Assembly (NCBI GenBank): GCA_964497805.1
Contig: CAZCFB010000007.1
Span: forward strand, 11,849 to 75,848
DNA from: an uncultured Kofleriaceae bacterium
GTDB taxonomy: Bacteria > Myxococcota_A > Polyangia > GCA-2747355 > CAZCFB01
Length of the DNA stretch: 64,000 nucleotides
Direction: 5' to 3'
Shown: positions 18,019 through 24,935 of the stretch, piece after piece
Position numbering within the stretch: the first letter of the stretch is position 1
Layout: every line of letters begins with the position of its first letter
Translations under genes and position numbers: made by a program
Notes under the pieces: model-generated
Database searches by the model: none
What the model saw: only the letters and a program-made list of their open reading frames with translations
What the model was told of the DNA's origin: nothing

Positions 18019-19712
18019 CGCTTGGTCTCCGCTTTCTGCACTGCGAGCACCTTGACCCGGAAGAGCCTCGGGTAGTCGTGCCAGTTCTCGTTGGCGCGCT
18101 GGGTGGTCCAGAGCATCTCGCCGTCCCACGCCATGTCCCAGACCCGCTCGGAGGTGGCGTGGATCCAGCCGAGCAGCTTGCCCTGGCGGTCGAACCGGAG
18201 CAGCCGGTCTGCCGGGGCCCAGAACGCCTCGCCGTCCCATGTGAGGCCGCCCGCGGCGTGGATGCGCACGCCGCCGCCAACCTCCCGCCAGGGCGAGGGC
18301 ACGCTGGCCAGCACCTCCCCGTCGGGCCCCAGCCGGTACAGCTTGTGCGTGGCCCAGCCCAGGGCGTACAGATGCTCCCCGTCGTGAGCCAGGCCCTTGC
18401 AGCCGCCCGCCGGGTCAGGGGAGGGGAAGGACCGCCGGACCGCCCCGGTCTTCGGCTCGAGACCATGGATCATCCTGCGGGCGAAGTCCGTCACCCAGAG
18501 CAGCTCGCCGTCGTGGGCCAGGCCCCACGGCTGTGGGCCGGGCGCCTTGAACCGCTTGAGCACCTTGCCGCTGGTCCTGTGCAGCCGGAAGATCTCGCCG
18601 GCCAGGTTGGCGGTCCAGATGTGTTTGCCGTCGAACGTCACGCTCCAGGTCAGGCCCACGCCGCCGCCCAGCTTGAGCATGACCTTCCGGGTCTTGTCCT
18701 CGTCCGGGTAGACATACGGGAAGGGGTCGTTGTGGCGGTCCCCGGGGATGTAGTCGAGGTACGCCCCTGACCCCTCGATGGCGCCCGTGGTCAGCGCCAC
18801 CGTCGGGCGTACCTTGTCTGACGCCTCCTTGACCGTGCCGTCCTCACAGTCCACGGCCACCTCCGGGTGGAGGCCGTCGTAGGTGTTGTCCCCCAGGCTC
18901 AGCTTGTTTTTGCCCCCGCCGCAGCTGATGGCGGTGACCTGCTGCCCGGAGAAGCGGTTGGCTCGCACCTCCGCGTGGGCGTCGTTGTCCAGGGTGAGCC
19001 CCTCCTGGGAGCCCTCGAAGAGGTTCCCCTCCACCCTGGCCTTGCTCGCGTCCAGGTGCAGCCCGGAGGTGCCGCAGTTGGCCACGTAGCTCCCCTCCAC
19101 CGACAGGCGCACCGCCTGCTCCACCGCGATGCAGTTGTAGCCGTTGCCGTAGATCCGGCTGTTGCGCAGGGTCACGGCGCAGCTGTTCTCGGCGTAGAGC
19201 CCCTCCCAGTTGTTGAACCGGATCACAACCCGGTCCAGGGCGACGTCGGTGTTCCAGATGTTGAGCCCGTGCTGGGCGAACTCGAACACGCTGTGGCGGA
19301 TGCGGCTGCCCGCCGCCGAAACCAGCTTGACCATGGACCAGTCGCCGTTGCGGGCTTCCTCGGAGGTTGAGGTAAAAAAGATCGGCTTGTCCCGGGTCCC
19401 CTGGGCGATCAGACGGCCCTCAACCCTCAGGCGCAGGCGGCGATCCGGATCCTTGTAGCCTCGGTAAGCCTTGAACTGGATCCTGGTGCCGGGATCGAGG
19501 GTGAGGGACACCCCCCTGGGCACCAGCAAGTTCTGCCCGACCAGGACGGTCCCGCACCAGCGCGTATCCTCTTTGATGGTGCCGCCGACCTCTCCGGCGG
19601 GCTCGCAATTAGCTTGCGCCGTCAGATCAGGCGCAGGAGAGGGCGCCTGATCTTTCTTGGGACAGCCCGATACCAGGAGGGCCACTGGAGCAATGAGAAG
19701 CAGCAAACGCAC
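18015..19712 (-). CDS. Lipoprotein with right-handed parallel beta-helix repeats and a C-terminal beta-propeller-like region
   Basis: Lipobox 'LLVSGC'. Beta-helix-like repeats 'NIWNTDVALDRVVIRFNNWEGLYAENSCAVTLRNSRIYGNGYNCIAVE'. C-terminal repeats of the type 'LWVTDFARRMIHGLEPKTG' and 'LYALGWATHKLYRLGPDGE' look NHL- or glutamine-cyclotransferase-like. Confidence 0.6.
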   Translation of the reverse strand: MRLLLLIAPVALLVSGCPKKDQAPSPAPDLTAQANCEPAGEVGGTIKEDTRWCGTVLVGQNLLVPRGVSLTLDPGTRIQFKAYRGYKDPDRRLRLRVEGRLIAQGTRDKPIFFTSTSEEARNGDWSMVKLVSAAGSRIRHSVFEFAQHGLNIWNTDVALDRVVIRFNNWEGLYAENSCAVTLRNSRIYGNGYNCIAVEQAVRLSVEGSYVANCGTSGLHLDASKARVEGNLFEGSQEGLTLDNDAHAEVRANRFSGQQVTAISCGGGKNKLSLGDNTYDGLHPEVAVDCEDGTVKEASDKVRPTVALTTGAIEGSGAYLDYIPGDRHNDPFPYVYPDEDKTRKVMLKLGGGVGLTWSVTFDGKHIWTANLAGEIFRLHRTSGKVLKRFKAPGPQPWGLAHDGELLWVTDFARRMIHGLEPKTGAVRRSFPSPDPAGGCKGLAHDGEHLYALGWATHKLYRLGPDGEVLASVPSPWREVGGGVRIHAAGGLTWDGEAFWAPADRLLRFDRQGKLLGWIHATSERVWDMAWDGEMLWTTQRANENWHDYPRLFRVKVLAVQKAETKR

Positions 19713-19762
19713 GAGAAATCAGTAGGTCATACTCAGGCCCCATCGTCCACCCGCCGAAACCC

Positions 19763-20557
19763 TCACTCCTTGGCGGGGACCTTGATTTCCTCCGGCTCAA
19801 TACGCACCTCCACGCCGGGCGGTGTGCTGTCCTGGCCGCTGAGTGCCACCACGATGCGGGGGAAGAAGTGGCCCATCATGGCCAGGCCGCCGAGCAGGAA
19901 GGCGCAGACGATGAGGTTCACCCCGTTCTTGGCCCAGAACCCTCGCCCCCGGCGTCTGGCTGTGGCCGACATCAGAACCTGTTGGGCCAGGGCGTCTCGG
20001 GCCACCAGGGCGCGATCCCGCGACTCCTTCATCCGCTCCAGGTCTTCCTGGATCGTGCCCATCTCCAGCACGAGGTCCGAGCGCTCGTCCCAACCGATCT
20101 CGACGTCATAATCGGCTTCGTCCTTCGATACCGAAGCCGGAGGGGGGGCGGGCTCGCGTCCATCTCTGAGCCGCTCCACCTCGTCGGAGAGCTCGGTCAC
20201 CTGGGCCCTGAGGGTGATGACCTCCTCGTCCAGGGTGCGCAGGTTGTGGCGGGCCCAGTCGCGCTCCTCGCGGGTGGCGGCGACCTTGTCCCCCAGCTGC
20301 TCCAGGAGGCGCTCCATCTCCAGCACCGCGTTCTGGGCGCGGTCCCGCTCCTCGGTGAGGTCCTTGACGCTGGTCCTGAGAGCGTCGGCCTGTCGCCCGA
20401 CAAGTTGATCAGGGCTCACCACGAAGGCGCGGACCTCGGCGGTGTTGCTCCTGGTCAGCTGGCGTCGGGCTGGCTTCGGCGTGGACCGGCGGCGCAGGAA
20501 CCTTGTCCGCGCACCAGCGCAGGAGGGAAACTCGCCGCTTGGAATGCTCTGGCCCAT
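19763..20557 (-). CDS. Coiled-coil protein with a C-terminal TM anchor
   Basis: Heptad-like, charged central region ('LEMERLLEQLGDKVAATREERDWARHNLRTLDEEVITLRAQVTELSDEVERL') and the helix 'LIVCAFLLGGLAMMGHFF'. I chose the internal ATG at 20557 (SD 'AAAGAGG') because the track start at 20755 would overlap mutY by 100 nt. Confidence 0.5.
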   Translation of the reverse strand: MGQSIPSGEFPSCAGARTRFLRRRSTPKPARRQLTRSNTAEVRAFVVSPDQLVGRQADALRTSVKDLTEERDRAQNAVLEMERLLEQLGDKVAATREERDWARHNLRTLDEEVITLRAQVTELSDEVERLRDGREPAPPPASVSKDEADYDVEIGWDERSDLVLEMGTIQEDLERMKESRDRALVARDALAQQVLMSATARRRGRGFWAKNGVNLIVCAFLLGGLAMMGHFFPRIVVALSGQDSTPPGVEVRIEPEEIKVPAKE

Positions 20558-20654
20558 GTGCCGGAACCTCTTTGTACGTATGTATCCAGGATACACATCC
20601 AGGCGGCTGAAGGCTCCCCTAATTATGTTAAGTAAACGTCCCGCGGGAACTTCA

Positions 20655-21773
20655 TCAGCGACGGGAGAGCTGCTCCAGGATCTTCCGGTTGGCCCTGGGC
20701 ATGGGGACCTCGGACAGCTCGCCGGGATCCACCCACTTGCGGGGGTGCCCTTCACCTGCCCTGGGATCCATCTGCTCCAGGCGGCAGGTGTGAGGGTGGA
20801 GCGTTACCTTGAAGTGTGTATAGGCGTGGTTCACTGGCTCCATTGCCTTGATCCGATCCACGCGCAGGCCCTGCTCCTCACGCAGCTCGCGCCGAAGGGC
20901 CTGGAGGATGCTCTCCCCGGGCTCCACCTTGCCGCCCGGGAACTCCCACAGCCCTCCCAGGAGGCCGTCGTATGGCCTGCGTTGGATCAGGATCCTGCCC
21001 CGGTCATCAGTGACCAGGCCGACAGCCACCTGGTGGTGTGGGACGGCCCGACGGGGAGCACGGCGCGGATACGCCTCGGGATCCCCGCCCTCCAGGGCCG
21101 CGCACGCATCGGCCAGGGGGCACCCGCCGCACGCAGGCTTGCGAGGTGTGCAGACCAGGGCCCCCAGCTCCATCACTGCCTGGTTGTGGAGCCGGGCCGT
21201 GCCCTCGGGGAGCAGGTCCTGGGCCAGGTTCGCCACCGTCCGGGCGGCGGCGCCCGCGGCGGGCGGCTGCTCCAGGGCGATGAGCCGGGCCAGCACCCGC
21301 CGTACGTTGCCGTCCACCACGGCCAGGTCATGGCCGAAGGCGAGGCTCTGCACCGCGGCCATGGTGTAAGGGCCCACCCCGGCCAGGGCGGCGAAGGCTC
21401 CCGGGGCGTTGGGTACCTCTCCCCCGTGGAGGCGCATCACCTGGCCGGCGGCGCGGTGCAGGTTGCGGGCCCTTGAGTAGTACCCCAGCCCCTCCCACAG
21501 GCGAAGCACCTGCTCCAGATCCGCGGCGGCCAGCGTCTTCACGGTGGGGAAGGCCTCGAGCCAGCGCTGGTAATACGGGATGACCGTGGCGACCTGGGTC
21601 TGCTGCAGCATCACCTCCGAAACCCAGATTTCGTACGGATTCGTGGTGCGGCGCCAGGGCAGGTCCCGGGCTGTCTCCAGGTACCAGGCGTGCAGGGCCG
21701 GGATCGCCGATTGGGCCACCGCCAGCTCCTGTGGAGATGGCGTGATCAGGCGCTGGAGGTCAGAGCTCTTCAT
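20655..21773 (-). CDS. mutY: A/G-specific adenine DNA glycosylase MutY
   Basis: 'YEIWVSEVMLQQTQVATV', HhH 'LAGVGPYTMAAV', 4Fe-4S 'CTPRKPACGGCPLADAC', and a C-terminal NUDIX-like 'LGGLWEFPGGKVEPGE'. Confidence 0.9.
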   Translation of the reverse strand: MKSSDLQRLITPSPQELAVAQSAIPALHAWYLETARDLPWRRTTNPYEIWVSEVMLQQTQVATVIPYYQRWLEAFPTVKTLAAADLEQVLRLWEGLGYYSRARNLHRAAGQVMRLHGGEVPNAPGAFAALAGVGPYTMAAVQSLAFGHDLAVVDGNVRRVLARLIALEQPPAAGAAARTVANLAQDLLPEGTARLHNQAVMELGALVCTPRKPACGGCPLADACAALEGGDPEAYPRRAPRRAVPHHQVAVGLVTDDRGRILIQRRPYDGLLGGLWEFPGGKVEPGESILQALRRELREEQGLRVDRIKAMEPVNHAYTHFKVTLHPHTCRLEQMDPRAGEGHPRKWVDPGELSEVPMPRANRKILEQLSRR

Positions 21774-21914
21774 GGCGTATTGTTATGGACACGTTGCCGC
21801 TGAAGGAAGCATGATGAACGCTATGATTATTCAGGTGTGCGGCTACGATAGATTGTTCAAAATGAGGTCGGCGCCCTGGGCGCTGTTATTCGAGTCTTTA
21901 CCGGAGGAGAAGGG

Positions 21915-22565
21915 ATGACCCCAATAAGGAAGGCAACAGTCAGCCTGGCTCTGTTGACGCTGTTGGCATCGCCGACGGAGGTCAGCGCGCAACCGAAAGA
22001 CAAGGCGGGCAAGAAGGCCGCGGCGGCCAAGAAGGCGCCCGCAAAAAAGGCTGGCAAGGAAGCCAAGAAGGCGGGCAAGGAAGCCAAGAAGGCGGCCAAG
22101 GATGAGGCCAAGGCGGACAAGGCGGCGGCCAAGGATGAGGCCAAGGCGGACAAGGCGGCGGCCAAGGATGAGGCCAAGGGAGCCAAGCCGGCGGCCAAGG
22201 ATGAGGTGGTCCATGTCCATGTCCACCCAAAGAACATCTCCGACAAGAAGAAAGCAGACGGCAGGCACAAGATGCTGGCGCCGAAGATGGATAGCCTCAT
22301 CGCCGCCCGGCGGGAAACCCGGGACGTACGCCAGAAGGCTGCGGTCAAGGCGCTCACGGACAAGTACGGCGTCAAGGTCAGGCGCCCGGCCGTTCACAAG
22401 GAGCTCCGCAAGATTGCCTGGCTTGAGGCCCGGCTGGAGCGGATAAGAGAGATCTATGTGTTGGCGGAGGAAAAGTGGCTGGTCAAAGAGGTCGACAAGG
22501 CGGCCAGGACCCTTGCCGAGGTCAAGGCAATGAGGCTCAAGGCTGTCATTGGAGGTAAGAAATGA
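21915..22565 (+). CDS. Secreted Lys/Ala-repeat protein with a conserved basic C-terminal domain (cassette 1, gene A)
   Basis: Signal peptide 'VSLALLTLLASPTEVSA', 'AKKAGKEAKK' and 'AAKDEAKADKA' repeats, then 'KKKADGRHKML...ARLERIREI...EEKW'. Paralog of 23030-23683. Confidence 0.7.
   Translation: MTPIRKATVSLALLTLLASPTEVSAQPKDKAGKKAAAAKKAPAKKAGKEAKKAGKEAKKAAKDEAKADKAAAKDEAKADKAAAKDEAKGAKPAAKDEVVHVHVHPKNISDKKKADGRHKMLAPKMDSLIAARRETRDVRQKAAVKALTDKYGVKVRRPAVHKELRKIAWLEARLERIREIYVLAEEKWLVKEVDKAARTLAEVKAMRLKAVIGGKK
22092..22207 (+). repeat. In-frame 33-bp tandem repeat (3.5 units)
   Basis: 'gcggccaaggatgaggccaaggcggacaaggcg' at 22092-22124 and 22125-22157, a variant at 22158-22190, and a partial unit to 22207. 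It encodes 'AAKDEAKADKA'. A 21-bp 'ggcaaggaagccaagaaggcg' doublet lies just upstream. Confidence 0.9.
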
Positions 22566-22984
22566 ACCGCGCCCTGATTGTTGTCCTGGCCCTCCTGCTG
22601 GCGTTCTTTGGCCATGCAGGATGCAAGAACAAGAAGAAGACCGGCGAGGCCGCCAGCAAGACGGGCGTAGCTCACGCTGCCCCGGCCAAGGCGAAGGCCA
22701 AGCCGGAAGCAAAGGCCGCGGCCGCTGATGAGCCAGATGAAACTGAGGCCGGCGACCCGGAGGAGGCCACGGGCAAAGTGACCAAGGAGGCCACGCCAAC
22801 CGGGGCGTACGCCGCATCTTGCCAGAAGGAGCCCGAGACCAAGGACCACGCCGAAGATATCCCCACGTCCGTGGACTTCGAGGAGGAGGCGGCGGCGAAG
22901 ATCACCGCCCTCAACGTGGACGCCGAGTTGAAGCTCTTCATGGCCCATATCTATGATCTGAAATACCCAAACAAGAAGAAATAG
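22562..22984 (+). CDS. Lipoprotein with an acidic C-terminal domain (cassette 1, gene B)
   Basis: Lipobox 'FFGHAGC'. ATGA overlap with gene A. C-terminal 'TGAYAASCQKEPETKDH...VDFEEEAAAKITALNVDAELK' is paralogous to 23683-24090. Confidence 0.65.
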   Translation: MNRALIVVLALLLAFFGHAGCKNKKKTGEAASKTGVAHAAPAKAKAKPEAKAAAADEPDETEAGDPEEATGKVTKEATPTGAYAASCQKEPETKDHAEDIPTSVDFEEEAAAKITALNVDAELKLFMAHIYDLKYPNKKK

Positions 22985-23029
22985 CCGCCCTGAGGCGCTG
23001 ACGAGAGAGCTCAACGGGAGGAGGACAGG

Positions 23030-23683
23030 ATGAATATCTACATCAAGGCAACGGCCTGCCTGGCGCTTGTGGTGTTGTTGGCATTGCCAGCGGTGGCCTC
23101 GGCGCAGCCGGCAGACAAGCCCGCGGCGAAGAAGGCTGGCAAGGCCAAGAAGGTGCCGGCCGCCAAGAAGGCGCCGGCTGCCAAGAAGGCGCCAGCCGCC
23201 AAGAAGGCGCCAGCCGCCAAGAAGGCGCCAGCCGCCAAGGAGCCCGCGGCCAAGGAGCCGGCAACCAAGGAGCCGGCAACCAAGGAGGCTGCCGGTGGGA
23301 AGAAGGTCGATAAGACCAACCCGGCCCAGACTGGCAGCCACAAGAACCCCAAGTTAATTTCAGCGAAGAAGAAGGCTAACGGCCGGCACAAGATGATCAA
23401 GCAGAAGATGAATGACCTGCTCCTGGAAAAGCGGGCGACCCGCGAAGAGCGGCGGGGGAAGGTCCTCGACGTGCTGGAGAAGAAGTACGGCAAAAAGCTC
23501 CTGGTCCCGGCCGTACGTAAGGCCATGCGGAAGTTTTCCTGGAGGAGGGCGCGCCTGGAGAGGATCAGGGATATCGCCACCCTGTCCGAGGAGAAGTGGG
23601 CGCTGAAGATCGTGAACAGGCTCACCGGGGAGTTGGACAAACTGGAGACAAAGGCCCTCGCCGAACTCACAGGAGTCAAGTGA
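23030..23683 (+). CDS. Secreted Lys/Ala/Pro-repeat protein with a conserved basic C-terminal domain (cassette 2, gene A)
   Basis: Signal peptide 'CLALVVLLALPAVASA', four 'AAKKAP' units and four '(A/T)KEP' units, then 'KKKANGRHKMI...ARLERIRDI...EEKW'. This aligns with 21915-22565 along its whole length. Confidence 0.7.
   Translation: MNIYIKATACLALVVLLALPAVASAQPADKPAAKKAGKAKKVPAAKKAPAAKKAPAAKKAPAAKKAPAAKEPAAKEPATKEPATKEAAGGKKVDKTNPAQTGSHKNPKLISAKKKANGRHKMIKQKMNDLLLEKRATREERRGKVLDVLEKKYGKKLLVPAVRKAMRKFSWRRARLERIRDIATLSEEKWALKIVNRLTGELDKLETKALAELTGVK
23159..23290 (+). repeat. In-frame 18-bp (x4) then 15-bp (x4) tandem repeats
   Basis: 'gccgccaagaaggcgcc(g/a)' units at 23159, 23177, 23195 and 23213. 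These are followed by 15-bp 'gc(n)(g/a)ccaaggagcc(n)' units from 23231 to 23290. Confidence 0.9.
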
Positions 23684-24090
23684 TGAAACGCGATCAGATA
23701 CTGTTCTTCACCCTCCTGGTTTTTCTGTTCTGCCCCGCCGGGTGCAAGGGCAAGGGGAAGACCAAGCCGGCGGACTCCAAGGCAACCGTGGTCTCAAAGG
23801 CGGCTGCCACCGGAACGGCAAAAGAGGCGGCCGTTGCCGAGGACGACGAGGAGGACGACGCGCCTTTCGTGAAGGGCAAGGAGGAGAAGCTAACCGGCGT
23901 GTACGCCGCTGCTACCAAGCGCGAGCCAGAAACCAAGGACGATCCCAGCAGGACCCCCACCTTCCTGGACTTTGAGGAGGAAGCGGCCGCCAAGATCACC
24001 GCCCTCAACTTTGGCGAGGAGTTAAAGGCCATCGAGGAGCTACTCGAGGACATGGATGACGAAGACACGGAGGATGTGGAGGAGGACTGA
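23683..24090 (+). CDS. Lipoprotein with an acidic C-terminal domain (cassette 2, gene B)
   Basis: The internal ATG at 23683 (TGATG overlap with gene A) gives 'MKRDQILFFTLLVFLFCPAGC' with a lipobox. 'TGVYAAATKREPETKDD...LDFEEEAAAKITALNFGEELK' matches cassette 1 gene B. It ends in 'EDMDDEDTEDVEED'. Confidence 0.65.
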   Translation: MKRDQILFFTLLVFLFCPAGCKGKGKTKPADSKATVVSKAAATGTAKEAAVAEDDEEDDAPFVKGKEEKLTGVYAAATKREPETKDDPSRTPTFLDFEEEAAAKITALNFGEELKAIEELLEDMDDEDTEDVEED

Positions 24091-24107
24091 GCCGCCCAGG
24101 CTCCCCA

Positions 24108-24926
24108 TCATGCCAGGCGGTAGCCCAGCCGCTCCATGGTCCCCCCGAACGCGTCCTGCAGCAGATCCAGGCACTGCCTGTCCAGGTGATCTCGCCACTC
24201 GTCGGGCTTCCCCTTTCGTACAAACAGGATCCCCAGGTCTTTGCCCTTGAGCCCCGGGTCGGCCTCGGCCGTGCGCCCGCGATCAAGCCGCTGCATGCGC
24301 TCGAAGCTGCTCGCCTGGATGGCCGCGGTGAGGGCCTCGTCGTCGTCGGGTAGATCCAGGGCTCGGGCAGCCCGGCGCGCGCCCGGCAATGGGTCCGCGC
24401 GCATCTCCTCGTAGCCCAGCACCGCCACCCCCGGGTTGTCCCGTTCCGCGGCCAGCCAACCCTCCACATGGGCGTCCCATGTGCCATAACTGTCCAGCTC
24501 CCCGCGCAGGAAGCGGGGTAGGTAGGCCGCCACCGGCTCGTCGGGCCTTAGCCGCCGCTCGCGCTGGAGGAAGAAGTAGTAGGAGGTGGCCACGCTGCGC
24601 GGGTCACGCACCATGTACACCGCCCGCCGCACCCTCGGATCATACGGCTCGTGGCTCTTGAGGAACCTCGGTGAAGCCAGGGCGCGCAGCTCCCGCTCGC
24701 GGTTGCGGTAGATGTCCGGGATCAGCCCGTCGAGGTTGCTGAAGTCCACCTCGCCGCCGCCGTCGCGGCGCAGGAGCAGGGCGCCGAGCAAGAACCTGAG
24801 CCAGGTGTTGCCGCTCTTGGGGTAGGAGGTGATGAAGGTGTCGTCCCCGCGGATGGAGAGGGCGCCCCCCCGGGCCACCACTTTGAGGGCATCCTTCACG
24901 CGCCCGGCTATCCCCTTGCGGTCCAC
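24108..24926 (-). CDS. PAPS-dependent sulfotransferase-domain protein
   Basis: 5'-PSB loop 'YPKSGNTWLRFLL' and 3'-PB motif 'VRDPRSVATSYYFF'. GTG start with a strong SD 'GAGGAGGGAG', 9 nt after the SpoIID stop. Confidence 0.8.
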   Translation of the reverse strand: MDRKGIAGRVKDALKVVARGGALSIRGDDTFITSYPKSGNTWLRFLLGALLLRRDGGGEVDFSNLDGLIPDIYRNRERELRALASPRFLKSHEPYDPRVRRAVYMVRDPRSVATSYYFFLQRERRLRPDEPVAAYLPRFLRGELDSYGTWDAHVEGWLAAERDNPGVAVLGYEEMRADPLPGARRAARALDLPDDDEALTAAIQASSFERMQRLDRGRTAEADPGLKGKDLGILFVRKGKPDEWRDHLDRQCLDLLQDAFGGTMERLGYRLA

Positions 24927-24935
24927 GCTCCCTCC

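Noticed and set aside
18019-18240. 74-codon N-terminal extension of the galE ORF in the track
   Set aside because: The extension is Arg/Pro/Gly-rich and overlaps the 3' end of the upstream lipoprotein gene. The canonical 'MKIMITGGAGYIGS' begins at the ATG at 18018, in an ATGA overlap with the upstream stop. Similar extensions were trimmed for ORFs 36138, 38233, 40879, 23596, 28894 and 29589.
20558-20755. Upstream start (20755) of the coiled-coil gene
   Set aside because: It would overlap the 3' end of mutY by 100 nt and adds a Pro/Ser/Arg-rich segment. The internal ATG at 20557 has an SD-like 'AAAGAGG'. This remains uncertain.
21915-23683. Lys/Ala-repeat proteins as histone-H1-like nucleoid proteins
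   Set aside because: Both carry clear N-terminal signal peptides (an AxA-type cleavage site follows a hydrophobic core). A cytoplasmic DNA-binding role is therefore unlikely, and they are reported instead as envelope polycations of unknown function.
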